Part shown: positions 11,809 through 23,747 of the stretch, piece after piece
Position numbering within the stretch: the first letter of the stretch is position 1
How the letters are laid out: each line of letters opens with the position of its first letter
NCBI GenBank assembly: GCA_951406725.2
Contig: OX597817.1
Location: 61,008,001-61,072,000, forward strand
Origin: Octopus vulgaris
Taxonomy: Eukaryota
Reading direction: 5' to 3'
Length of the DNA stretch: 64,000 nt
Notes under the pieces: model-generated
What the model was told of the DNA's origin: nothing
Databases searched by the model: none
Seen by the model: the letters and a program-made list of their open reading frames with translations, nothing else
Translations under genes and position numbers: made by a program

Positions 11809-14800
11809 TTCGGTACAATCAATTAAGGTTCAAGTGAGTTCTGTTGAGTTCACATGAATATGGTACCTAACTTAGATGCACCAGAAATCTATATGGTGTT
11901 AACCATAAGATAATGCGGGGGGATTATAAATAAGAAAAAAGCAACAAGAATGGATCAATATTTCGGTACAATTGTTTCGTACGAAGACAGCTTTATTAAG
12001 GCTACAAATATTGCAGTAAATATGTGACCCGTACTCATCAGCCGAAGAAACATCTGAGATCTCCAAACATCAAAGGGGGTGATGTTACACTCATGAAACA
12101 TCATGGAAAGATCTATAAAAATAAGATTTAGATAACAAATGGACTTCTAAAAGTTCTTTTAGTATAGCAAAGTCATATATCAGGTTTAAAAAAATTTTTT
12201 AAAACCTCTTAGTTTTCCAGAAAAGGAAGGTGAAAGTGAAGATGTAAATCCATCCATATTGAAGAAAGTTTGATTCTTGGAGATATGATGAGAGGTATCA
12301 TACTCACAGAATATGTATTTATTCATATATAGTCCATAGTAAAGTGTGATTCAAGATGTGTGATGATATTTTGGTTACATTTGTGAGAGTTTCTCAAAAC
12401 TGTTATGTTAAAATTCGAAAATGTTGAAGGAGGGTTAGTGAAGCGTAGAGACAATCTTTCAGTTGAGACGAACCGAATGATATAGAAATCTGCAAGAATG
12501 ACAGAGCTTAAAGGAGGAATGTAAATTTTGACCACCTACTGTTGTTAATTGCTATATAAAGAAGAAATGGGAAGGTAAAAGGTGGGGTCAAAGGTTATCT
12601 CTATAGGAAAACATCTTAGCGTATTCAGTGCAATACTCGAACGGAGGTCATTTAATTTATTTCTTTATTTATAAATGTTACTATTAATACATTGCCAGGT
12701 TATGGGACTACAATAAGAAGTCAAAAGAAAGGAATTAGAGTTATTTTTCATAATGAAAAAACGTTATATTATATTTCTGGGATTAGCAAAATTTATTAGT
12801 AGTATATAAAATAACTATGAAGTCTAAAAAACTAATTTACTATAAGTTGGTTTACTTAAAATAGACTAGAAATTATGATGAATTAATTTAAATTATCTAT
12901 ATAGTCTAATAGAGTGAAAGTTTATATTCAACTAATTTATTTCTATAAGTATCAAACCTAGTACAAATAGAGAGAGAATATAACCATAGCTTATGAGATC
13001 GTAGCTGTCTAATTAAATATATAATATGTAATATATAGGAGTATTGCTTTATTAGTGCAGGCAAGAAAGACAAATCCCAAAGTGATTTTTATATACTGTT
13101 ATCATTTAAAATATTTAAGAGTCTTGATCCTAGCGTGGATACAAGAGGGACCCAATTCTATCCGGTTATTCAACAAAGTATCATTTCTTCTATTCATTAG
13201 TATTTCAAATGTTTCCATGGAGCAAAGTTCGCAACCAACTCTGCTATTTTTATAAGGTATCGCCCTTCTAACTAATTCCCAATTAAGGTTATGCTTAATA
13301 TTATTGTTTTTTAGTTCCCAGACTTTACTTGAAAGTTTGGTGCTATCAGCTTTATGACGTAATTTGAAAGAAGAGAGATGATTACTAAGGCGTTTCTTAA
13401 AATTTATAGTACATCCTAAATAGGTAAATTTGTTATTATCTGTGGTTATGGTGCATTTGTAGATTACGTTATTTAACCCGCATAGACCAGGTGCCGGGCA
13501 TTTTGATCTAATTCTACAGTTACAACTAGGGGGATTATAATTCGATGTGGAATTACTCGAGGATAGATGTCTCATAGTACTGCTATTCAAAACATTATGA
13601 GTATATTTTCGTTATTTTGGTTACTGCTGCTATCTAAAATAGTGTTATCGTTATTGTAGTTAATGTTATTATCTAAAGTAGTATTATCATTTATTGATAT
13701 TCCTACACTATCATTTGATTCTATAACCCTACCATCATTACTAATATTATTGATGTTGTTACTATTATTGCCAGTATTAGTTTCTAAATGTATAGTGTTG
13801 TTATAGGTATCATTGTTGCCTTCATTATCGGTATTTTCCCTATTGGTATTATTCCTATTATTAACATAATTGTTCCTATTTGTGTTATTGTTATTACTAG
13901 CAATTCTATAGCTATTGGTTATACCTATGTTATGATAGTCATTATTATTATTGTGGCTATTATTAATTTCGGTAATGTTACTACAATTTCCATTTGTATT
14001 CCTATTGCTATTATTTAAATTTTTCCTGGCTAGTTTAATGTTATTATTATTGTTCTTAACTATTAAAGTGGACATATTTGGGAGGGTTGAATAAGAAATT
14101 CTGACCGTTTTTTTAGAAATAATTTTATGATATCTATGAGAGGAGGGGAAGTTCTTTTCCAGAATTATTTTGAATCTACTCTGAATATCTGATAAAACAG
14201 CACAGTTGAAAGGGATATTTAGCCACATTATATCCTTCTTATTAAATTTCCTAGAATTAGAATTGGGGTTATTTGAATCATTCCTACTTTCACCAGAGTC
14301 GTTGTATTTATTAATGTTCTTATTTGCATGCTTTTTAGTTTTATCAAAGTTTATCTTATCCGTATTACCTATGTTCCGTTCAATGTTCTTATCATTCTTA
14401 TTTTCATTTGGATTTTTTGTCATCGTAAATCTACTTCTACTTTTATTTCTGGCTTGATCTCTATTGTTGTTTACGTGGCAATAGTTACTTATTTTATTAG
14501 GGATATGTAAGTTCTCTTTATCAATGTTACTAATTGTATGCTTCTTAGTTTTATCTAAAATTATCCTATCAAAGTTACCTATGTTTTGGTCTATGTTCTT
14601 ATCTTTGTTCTTATTACCATTTAGATTTGTTGTCACATTAAATCTACTTCTACTTCTATTATCGGCGTGATCCCTATTATTGATTACATGGTTATTACTA
14701 CTTCTTTTATTAGGAATTTGTAAGTTCTCTTTATCAATAAAGGTAATTTTTTGGTTGTATCCTGCCTTGGATAACGCCGCATTATAATGCTCCGAATGGG

Positions 14801-15103
14801 AGTTAAATATATCAAAATTGGATGATAATCTAGATATTCTTAAGGAAATATTTCTAATCAAAGATTTAATTATGTTTGGGGGATGATTGGATAATTTATT
14901 TACGTAACTAGTGATTTCACCTTCTTTTCTAAATGGGTAATGTAGCTTTGAGTTAAGGTCTAATGTAATATCTAGAAAATTGACTATTTTGGTGCCTGGT
15001 TCATAGGTTATGCTAAGGTTGAAATCTTTAAAGAACCTATTAATTTTCTTTTTGATCCTTTCAATGTTCGATTTATTATTACTAGGGACAACAAACAAAA
15101 CAT

Positions 15104-15110
<7 letters not shown>
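11809..15110 (-). mobile_element. Naiad-type Penelope-like retroelement, 5'-truncated (RT C-terminal half, Asn-rich linker, GIY-YIG, long 3'UTR with HHR)
   Basis: (Y)[68 protein letters not shown]; one frameshift near 13590; then CNCR..CP..C..NVIYKC..YLGCT..FKKRLSNH..STKLS..W..CELC..LLNNRIE..CIH. Both ends lie in (TA)n. Confidence 0.9.
11962..12046 (-). ncRNA. Type-I hammerhead ribozyme, intact core, long stem-II loop
   Basis: UUCGG-CUGAUGA-GUACG-(~46-nt loop)-CGUAC-GAAA-CAAUUG-UA-CCGAA. Perfect 5-bp stems I and II, palindromic stem III, GUA site. Confidence 0.9.
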
Positions 15111-15180
<70 letters not shown>

Positions 15181-15191
15181 TTGTATGTATG

Positions 15192-15222
<31 letters not shown>

Positions 15223-15263
15223 ATGTAAGTATATATATATATATGCATATATATGTATGCATG

Positions 15264-15309
<46 letters not shown>

Positions 15310-15312
15310 ATC

Positions 15313-15998
15313 ACTATTATCAGGGTAATAAAGATTTTAGAATTTTTTTATTACTTGTAGCCTCGCGTGTAGAAAAATTAGTCAATAGACTATATATTAT
15401 TCATATAAATAAAGAGTACACTTAAGCACATAAGAGGTATCCATCATAGGATTCCTTTCACGCTAGAAGAAATAGCTAAAGTCCAAACTACTATCAGGGA
15501 TAAAAACTCGAAGGGAATAAAAAAACACATTTACCATCCATCTCCTGGACCATAGTTTCAGACGTTTTTTTAGCAAATAAAATAATTTGCTAGGCGAAGT
15601 CTTCATCAACAGGTACGCTGAGATTAAACATATAAATACGAGGCAGATCCAGCATGTGCCCCTTGCTTATACATTATGATTTTTTCAAATCCACTGCACA
15701 AGCGCAGTTTTTTGTCGGCAGCAAAAAATACTGGAATTTCTTCGAACAATTTTCCAGAAAAATTTAACAATAATTAATAATATCAAGGTAATAAAGATTT
15801 TAGAAATTTCTTTTTACTACCTGTGGCCTAGCGCGTAGAAAAATTAGTCAGTAGACTATATATTATTCATATAAATAAAGTGTACATTTAAACACATAAG
15901 AGTTTTTATTCCTAATAGTGGTTTGAACTTTATCTGTTCTTCCTAGCGTAAAAGTAATCCTATGATGGATACATCTTATGTGTTCAAATGTACACTGT
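15313..15998. mobile_element. PLE-type terminal repeat array (direct repeat plus inversion) with HHR
   Basis: 15316-15435 repeats at 15781-15902; 15900-15998 is the reverse complement of ~15402-15510. Confidence 0.65.
15544..15613 (-). ncRNA. Hammerhead ribozyme with C3U core change
   Basis: CCUG-UUGAUGA-AGAC-(inner hairpin UAGCAAAU/AUUUGCUA)-GUCU-GAAA-CUAUG-GUC-CAGG. Confidence 0.7.
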
Positions 15999-16003
15999 AT
16001 TTG

Positions 16004-16074
<71 letters not shown>

Positions 16075-16079
16075 TGGGA

Positions 16080-17150
16080 ATATAGTTGAAATTAACAGAA
16101 AAACAAAAGACGAAGACAGGTGTATAAATAGCAAGCAGGTGTATCATTTCGACGCTCGGGAAAGTGAGAAAGCTTTTTATGTTTCGAGCCTACGCGCTTC
16201 AACAGAAAGGAATAAGAGAAAATAAACAGAGAGAGGATAAAAAAAGAACTTGTGCATTTAGCGACCAAGCATGGCGATTGGTTGGGGAAAAAAAGGTTTG
16301 ACAGAAGAGGTAGAAAGAAGGGGAGATAAAGTATTGGTGATTCCCAAAACGAAGGTACGCGTGCGTATGTATATATGTAAGAATGTGTAAGTGTGTGTGT
16401 GTGTGTGTGTGTGTGGAGGGGCTATCAATTAAGAGAGAAGTTGGGTAGGAGTGAAGAGAGGAGGCAGGTGTCCGATGAAGAGAGGAGGGGAGTTGAGCCC
16501 AGTTGGCGCAAAGGAGCGAAGAGAGAAAATTAATTCTTGTTTACGGCGAAGGCGGGAGTCCGGATGGCCCGTGTGCAAAGACAATCCGAGCACAGACAGG
16601 TGTTGTAGTGAATAACCAGTAGAGCGGAAATTGTGCGAGACCGGGTTGTCACGTGCTCCACGAACCAGTCAGCCAAGCATCCCGTTTGACCATTGTACAG
16701 AGAAGGACAGAAAGAGCAGGAGATGCAGTAAATGACGTTGCTAGAAGTGCAGGTAAAGGACTCGTGATATGATAGGGACGATGATGAGTGTCTATGAGGA
16801 TGCGTCAGCGTGGGCGGGAGCAGGGGGAACGAGCCAGGCTGGGAGGTGGGTTTAGGGAAGAAACTGTGGTCCAGGAGGTCACGTAGGTTGTGGGCTCGTT
16901 TGAAGGAGGGAAGCGGTAGATTGGGGAAGATGTGCGAGGTGGGTGGTCGGACTGGCGTTGCCGGAAGGCTCAGCGAATGGAGAAGTAGGATGGAGGGGTG
17001 GTAGTTGAGGGGGAAACGAGAGACGGAGAACGGCGGAGCGATTGCGGGGAGAGAGTCATTTGGGAGAGTCAATGCTCCAATAATAACAAGAGCACTCAGA
17101 GAGCGCAAACCTCCGTCAAGGCAACACCAACGTCCTCTCAACGATTAGCC
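16080..17150 (-). mobile_element. Penelope-like element 3' fragment (GIY-YIG) with family-A terminal repeat
   Basis: PLPSFKRAHNLRDLL..SFTCTSSNVIYCISCSFCPSLYNGQTG..FVEH, followed by the HHR-bearing repeat. Confidence 0.85.
16173..16209 (-). ncRNA. Hammerhead-like motif, CUGUUGA core variant (family A)
   Basis: CUUU-CUGUUGA-AGCGC(GUAG)GCUC-GAAA-CAUA-AAAAG. Confidence 0.5.
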
Positions 17151-17164
17151 AGAGATAATTTTTA

Positions 17165-17667
17165 AAGTGAGAATATCTGAAATAAACTCCACTGCTCTCA
17201 CATACGATAATACTAAAAATGAACCCGATCGCTCTCAAAAATTAAGTAAAAAAAAAACGGAAAACTAATCCAAAATCCCCAATGGTAGTCATGGAATGTG
17301 AAGGTGGCTATAGAAAATTCAGTAACAGTAATAAATAGTTTATCCTTATCCAATACAAGCGAAATTCACCATTCAAAATAGTTGTAGCCTAAAGGGAGAT
17401 AATTGAGAAAGACCTGAAAGTTAACGTAAGATCGTAATAATGTAAAGTTAACTAAATATAACAAATAATCCAGAATCCTTGTCCGGTACCGGATCGATCC
17501 CTAAATCTAATCAGTTCGTATCATCACGAGGCCAAATATCCTTGAAAGTTCCATCCGAATCCATCCAGCGGTTCTTGAGATATCTTGTCCACGGACAAAC
17601 ATACAGACAGACAAACAAACAAACGCGACTGAAAACAATGCCTCTGCCTTCGCTAAGGCGGAGGTAA
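17165..17667 (+). mobile_element. Helentron-associated (HINE/DINE-1-like) non-autonomous element
   Basis: (CAGA)/(CAAA) microsatellite followed by the terminal palindrome cctctgccttcgctaaggcggagg and taa. 5' boundary uncertain. Confidence 0.6.
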
Positions 17668-17730
17668 CAACATATGCACAAGTTCAATTCCACTCCTTTA
17701 TCATTTGTCTGTTGGTTATATATCGATCCT

Positions 17731-17791
<61 letters not shown>

Positions 17792-18214
17792 TAGGCTGAT
17801 TCAACAGATGCATCATCAAACTGGATTTGTGACCTTCTACCTAAACTGCTAAATTGGAATTTTTATAATAATTTTTAGCTACCTTACAGAAAATCAAATG
17901 ATGTTATGTTGTTGTTTTTCTAGTTATTCGTATTGTTCCAGAAGTTAGTCTTCAAAATTATGACACAACCTTATACAACTGGGTGCAATCTTCGATTTAG
18001 AAGCTGATTCATCTCCCTGTAAAAAATGTGTGATATTACATAATATCAAACAACACCAAATATACAACAGCTTGGTCAAGTTTCAATAAAATAAGCACGT
18101 AACATATACGTATGTGTGTATGCGAGTATTTAAATATACTGCATATATTTGAGTGAGTGTGTGTGTGTTTGTGTATATATATATGTATATAATATATATA
18201 TATATATTACTCGC

Positions 18215-18606
18215 TCTCTCTCTTTTTACTCTTTTACTTGTTTCAGTCATTTGACTGCGGCCATGCTGGAGCACCGCCTTTAGTCGATCAAATCGACCCC
18301 GGGGCTTATTCTTTGTAAGCCTAGTACTTATTCTATCGGTCTCTTTTGCCGAACCGCTACGTGACGGTGACATAAACACACCAGCATCGGTTGTCAAGCA
18401 ATGCTAGGGGGACAAACACAGACACACACACATATATATATACATATATACGACAGGCTTCTTTCAGTTTCCGTCTACCAAATCCACTCACAAAGCTTTG
18501 GTCGGCCCGGGGTTATAGCAGAAGACACTTGCCCAAGATGCCACGCAGTGGGACTGAACCCGGAACAATGTGGTTGGTTAGCAAGCTACTTACCACACAG
18601 CCACTC
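18215..18606 (-). mobile_element. Full-length tRNA-derived SINE
   Basis: Minus strand: gagtggctgtgtggtaagtagc (A box) and gggttcagtccc (B box), internal microsatellite, tail ..cagcatggccgcagtcaaatgactgaaacaagtaaaaga. Confidence 0.85.
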
Positions 18607-18888
18607 ATGTATGGATGGGTGCATGTATGTATATATAATTGCGTGATATAAATTCATGTGTGTATGTGTGTGGAAGAGAGAGTAGGAGGCAATCTGTGTG
18701 TGTGAGAGGAGGAGAGACAAAACGGAATAAAGAGTTTGTTGTATGTTAGTCGTGGATCGGGTTTTGTTAGTGTTATGTAACGACACCTCGCTGACAGGAG
18801 TCTCTTCGCTATTATATGAGACACCAGTCGTTTTACTTATAGGTCACAAAGACACAGACAGACAACGACTGATGCGTGTTGTGTGTGC

Positions 18889-18919
<31 letters not shown>

Positions 18920-19429
18920 CGTGAGTGCACCTTTATCGAAATTTACTCAATCACTGAAATCTGCATTAGAAGGGAATTAAAATTTAACTGAGACGTGTGA
19001 GGTATTTCAGAAATTAAATGCTTCTATATTTCCTCGCAAAATCACTTTGAAGTAAAAACGATTATCGAGGAGACATCATAACAAAGAGCAAAAGCAGATT
19101 TGTGGTGTTAATACTTACCTCAATGCACATATACATGCACACACAAATGCACACACACATATACACACGCATACACAAGCGTACACGCACTCACACACAC
19201 ATGCGCACGTACATCAGAATAACCCACTTTTGTTGTTAATATTTGCATCTGGCTGTTGCAAGATGTGTAATTTCTCGTTGAAACAAAGATGAAACTGTTG
19301 TGCTCCGGGCAAAAAAGGGCGGCGTTTTGTGGAAAACTCTCCTGTTTAAAGTGGGTGTAGATATTTTCTGGTGTCTCCAGATAAAACAGGAAGTGAAGTT
19401 CCGTTGACACTTATTTGAAGGAGAATATA

Positions 19430-20240
19430 TGCCAGACAAAAGTTCCTTTGAACAGATTTAATATGTTACAATGTGCATTAAGCATGAACCGCTCATCTTA
19501 ACATCATGCGCTTTAAAATGTTTACAGTATTCTTGAAAAGTGCGGCCTAGAAAGTTCCTAGTGATTTTTGGCTAGTTATATAGATTGAATTGGGGAATAT
19601 AACCAGGCTTTTTTTTCTTTTCATTAATCTCTTCGAGGGAATACTCCCAACACATTATTTACTCGTTAAAGGTAATTCTCACTAATGCCTCATTATAACG
19701 GGGCGCGGTTCTATCGAAGATATCTCTGTCTGGGAATAAATTAGTGATTCTTCATTTGATGTGCTTTGCTAACTCTAGTTGGGGGACGCGCGCTTCTAAT
19801 TCCTATGTATATACAGTTTTCTCGTTAGATTTTTCATAGGAATAATATTTGCTTATCCTAAGGTCTTGGGCAATGTCCAAGAGATTAGCTTGTTAGATTG
19901 ATAATAATGGGTACATTTTAATCAAACTCATTGAATATTCCTCTTAATCCTTAAATTTACCCATAATATGGGTATTCAAGTTAGTTAATACTGCCAGGCC
20001 GCTGTCTCTGTACATGATGGATTGTAGCGGGGATGTATACATTATAAAACTATTCATGATTAACAATCAAACGAAGTCTGTTAGAATCAGCCCCATCATA
20101 ATTTCCTAAGGTTACCTTGACAACAGATCACCGTCCTTTTTTACCCTGTAGATATCCTCATGAACCAATTGTGAATCCCGGTGGTCATGATTATTAAGAA
20201 TTCGAGGTCATTAGTCCTTGTAGTGCTTCTCAAATTCTAA
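19430..20240 (-). mobile_element. Highly decayed Penelope/Naiad RT fragment
   Basis: Remnants VTLGNYDGAD.., MYRDSGLAVL (YRDDGL motif), NLLDI.., YYSYEKSNEKTVYIH. Confidence 0.6.
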
Positions 20241-20254
20241 GATTATCAAGATGA

Positions 20255-20445
20255 GGAATTTGTAGACAGAAACTGAAAGAAATCAATTGTATGTATATGT
20301 ATGTATATACGTAAGTCTATGTGTGTGTCTTCGTGTTTCTCCCTCATCACTGCTTCACAACGGGTGTTCGTTTATTTACATCCCCAAAACTTACTGGTTT
20401 CACAACAGGAAACTGATAGAATAAGTACCAGGCTTATCAAAATAT
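20255..20445 (+). mobile_element. Decayed SINE (3' part)
   Basis: atttgtagacagaaactgaaagaa..tttatttacatcccc..ctgatagaataagtaccaggctta. Confidence 0.6.
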
Positions 20446-20565
20446 GAAACAGCACTACGAAGTGTCTCATATTTTTGTTTGCCTACTCAGTTGTATCTAT
20501 CAATTTATCTTTGTGTTTGTGTGTATATGTGAGTGTGTATAAATATATATATATATACATATATG

Positions 20566-20611
<46 letters not shown>

Positions 20612-20680
20612 ACATAGTTCTTGAACCGGTACTTCAAATAACGACTAGGGTAGGATAACTGACTGCTTATTGTGATCATT

Positions 20681-20729
20681 CGTCTTTTGGTTTCCTGTAG
20701 CTTTGGTCTTTTGGTTTCCTGTAGCTTTG
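20681..20729. repeat. 24-bp tandem duplication
   Basis: gtcttttggtttcctgtagctttg occurs twice. Confidence 0.9.
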
Positions 20730-21155
20730 CTCTCTTTTACAAACCCAGTGAACATATATTTCCTATTTGAAAGAAATTCAAACAATAGAAATAACACCCA
20801 AGTTAAAAAGATTTTCAACAATTCAACTTCTCTGGTTGACATTAAGATGCCCACCCCCCAACAGGGGCCTTAACTCTCACATTTTAGAGCTCCATGACCT
20901 TCATTCTTTAGGAGCAAAATCTTTTTAACAGGTTCAATAACACTTGAATTTTGGAATATGCGCATAAAAATCAGTAGTATGGGATACATGCGGCACGATT
21001 ACAAATTTTTTAGGGTGTGTAAAGAGGGAAATAACCCTCATCTGCAATTTTGATGAAATTCGAATCATAGATATTCCAGTTCATTACAGAAAATATAACA
21101 GAAAAGTCTAATTCTTCAATTGAATGTAACCGGGCAACGCCGGGTATCTCTGCTA

Positions 21156-21156
<1 letters not shown>
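20730..21156 (+). mobile_element. Non-autonomous Helitron (3' terminus)
   Basis: Subterminal hairpin accgggc-aac-gccgggt followed 7 nt later by CTAG, then T. 5' end not defined. Confidence 0.65.
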
Positions 21157-21194
<38 letters not shown>

Positions 21195-21195
<1 letters not shown>

Positions 21196-21545
21196 CCATC
21201 TAATATAGGATAAATTTTTTCGAAAAAATTTCTATCAATGGCCAGCATATCAAAAAAATACCTTTAAAGGTTAAATTTATAAATAACTTATAAACAAGGG
21301 CAAAAGAAAAAAATTCTAATGCCAAATATGCTGAAAATAGACAAATCGTCAATAACCATATAATTTATCGCTATAAGCACGCGTCTCGAAGTAAGCCGAC
21401 AGAAATTTCTAAAAATTTCCGTTATTATCGTATCGGTCCCAGTTTCAGAGTTAATTCATAAGAATTTTCTCCCCGTCTGACGATTTGTCTATTTTCGGCA
21501 TATTTGGCATTAAAATTTTTTTTCTTTTGCCCTTGTTTATAAGTT
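21195..21545. mobile_element. PLE-type terminal repeat with 67-bp inverted repeat
   Basis: 21285-21351 is inverted at 21478-21545; 21195-21250 recurs at 63945-64000; flanked by (TA)n and (CA)n. Confidence 0.6.
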
Positions 21546-21549
21546 GTAT

Positions 21550-21633
<84 letters not shown>

Positions 21634-21853
21634 ATACGTAGCAATGTATGCTCACACATGGACAATTGATGATCAGTGTTATGTATCTATGTCGCATTTA
21701 ATTAGAAGTGCAAAGAAGAGGATGCCTGTGGATTCCCAACATCTTGTAGCCATACCTCAAGAATAGCGGGTTCCATAAGTATATCGAGTTCTAACAACCG
21801 GTTATAAGTCCTGATATGGTTAAGTACAATTAATTATATATATATATATACAT

Positions 21854-21992
<139 letters not shown>

Positions 21993-22029
21993 ATGCGTAT
22001 GTGCATATGTGTGCATGTATATATATATA

Positions 22030-22065
<36 letters not shown>

Positions 22066-22756
22066 CATGCATGTACCCTCAGACACACATGCACACATGT
22101 GTACATGTATGTATATCTTGATGGTAACGATTCTTCGCCGTTCATTTGACATCGCCCGCTGTGACTGTGCTTGTAAAAGAATGATTTACAAACAGACAGA
22201 AAAGGAAAAAGAAAGTACAAAAACAAACAAAAATCATAAAAAAGAAATATGGGAAAACCTGGAGATGTGGTGTAATTGGTTATGACGTCATCGTTCGTAT
22301 TAAAAGTAGCTAGGTACCATAAAGACTCCCAGACTCACTCACTCTTTATCTGTGATGCCATATGGCACCGGTACCATTGGGAAATAAACATATTGAATTA
22401 CGTTGACTTACAAGAAAAACAAAAACGAAAAGAAACAGTAAAACGAAAAGTGGAGTGTGTATGTTCTCAGAAACTAATCAAAGGAGGAAACAAACTTTAT
22501 TATCCATCCGTTGAATAATCCTGCTAACGAAGTGTGGGGGGAGTCTTCTAAGAAGTCCTTCTGTTCGCTAGAAATAGTAGTCAATTCTCCCCCAAGTAAC
22601 ATCATGCCGTTTTATGTAGCGAGAGGATAAAATTGTGTAGAATTAATTACGTCGTCCATGAATAGACAGAGTGGTCACATCCAGAATGTTTCGGGTTGGA
22701 TTTCTGTTGCATTCATCTTAGTGTTTGAAACCTGGTGATGATGATCATATCTCGTA

Positions 22757-23665
22757 GGAGTGGCTGTGTGGTAAGTAGCTTGCTTACGAACCACATGGTT
22801 CCGGGTTCAGTCTCACTTCGTGGCACTTTGGGCAAGTGTCTTCTACTATAGCCTCGGGCCGACCAAAGCCTTGTGAGTGGATTTGGTAGACGGAAACTGA
22901 AAGAAGCCTATCGTTTAGCTATTGATCGTAGCAGGTGGAGAAGGATTGTGCATGAGGGGCAGCCACTTTTGAGAAATCTCGAGTTGCACATGAGAAAGTA
23001 AGGATGGATGTCAGGAAGGGCATCGTGGTTACACTTCCAGAAGGGAAGGGTTTTCCTTTGATTCTGACATGCAATGTCTGTGCAAGACCCTGCCTCAGTA
23101 AAGCTGGACTCATGATTCATCTTCGTAGTCATAAAACGAGACAGATGAGTGACAACCTGGCCACTGGTGGTGGTGTAACATACCATACTAATCATATATG
23201 TCGGGCATGTGGAAGAGAGTGTAATTCGGCAGGAGGACTTAAACGACATGCAAAGGTACATGAAGCCCAGTTACAACTACAGCCGGCTATTACCAGTAAA
23301 GGTCTTAGTTGCCAATTTTGTACAACACATTGTAGATCTTAAGCTGGGCTAAAAAGTCACATTCGATCACAGCACCATTAACAGTTAAGCTTCGTGCAAT
23401 GGCCATACTCGATAACGAGGGGGAAGTCATAATAATAATATATATATATGTATATATATATATATACATGTGTGTGCATATGTTTGTGTGTCTGTGTTTG
23501 TAACCCCCTCAACATGGCTTGACAACCGATGCTAGTGTGTTTACGTCCCCGTAACTTAGCGGTTCGGCAAAAGGGACCGATAGAATGTGCTAGGCTTACA
23601 AAGAATAAGTCCTGGGGTCGATTTGCTCCAGCATGGCCACAGCCACATGACTGAAACAAATAAAA
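22757..23665 (+). mobile_element. tRNA-derived SINE split by an RTE insertion
   Basis: 5' half 22757-22908 ends at gaaagaagcc; 3' half ~23440-23665 ends at catgactgaaacaaataaaa. Confidence 0.8.
22909..23440 (+). mobile_element. RTE-clade LINE 3' end with three C2H2 zinc fingers
   Basis: LAIDRSRWRRIVHEG (RTE A-x-DR-x2-WR motif), then CNVC..HLRSH, CRAC..HAKVH and CQFC..*AGLKSHIRSQH; short 3'UTR and (TAA)n tail. Confidence 0.8.
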
Positions 23666-23674
23666 AAGAAAGGG

Positions 23675-23733
<59 letters not shown>

Positions 23734-23747
23734 ATATCTATCTATCG

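Noticed and set aside
13000-13600. Selenocysteine read-through or SECIS, as in some Naiad PLEs
   Set aside because: The TGA at 13587 coincides with a frameshift, the conserved Cys positions use normal codons, and I see no SECIS.
22757-22830. tRNA genes
   Set aside because: The A/B-box sequences are SINE heads with no complete cloverleaf and continue into SINE bodies.
23004-23380. Host C2H2 zinc-finger gene
   Set aside because: It has an upstream RTE motif, no TGEKP linkers, a LINE-type tail, and sits inside a split SINE.
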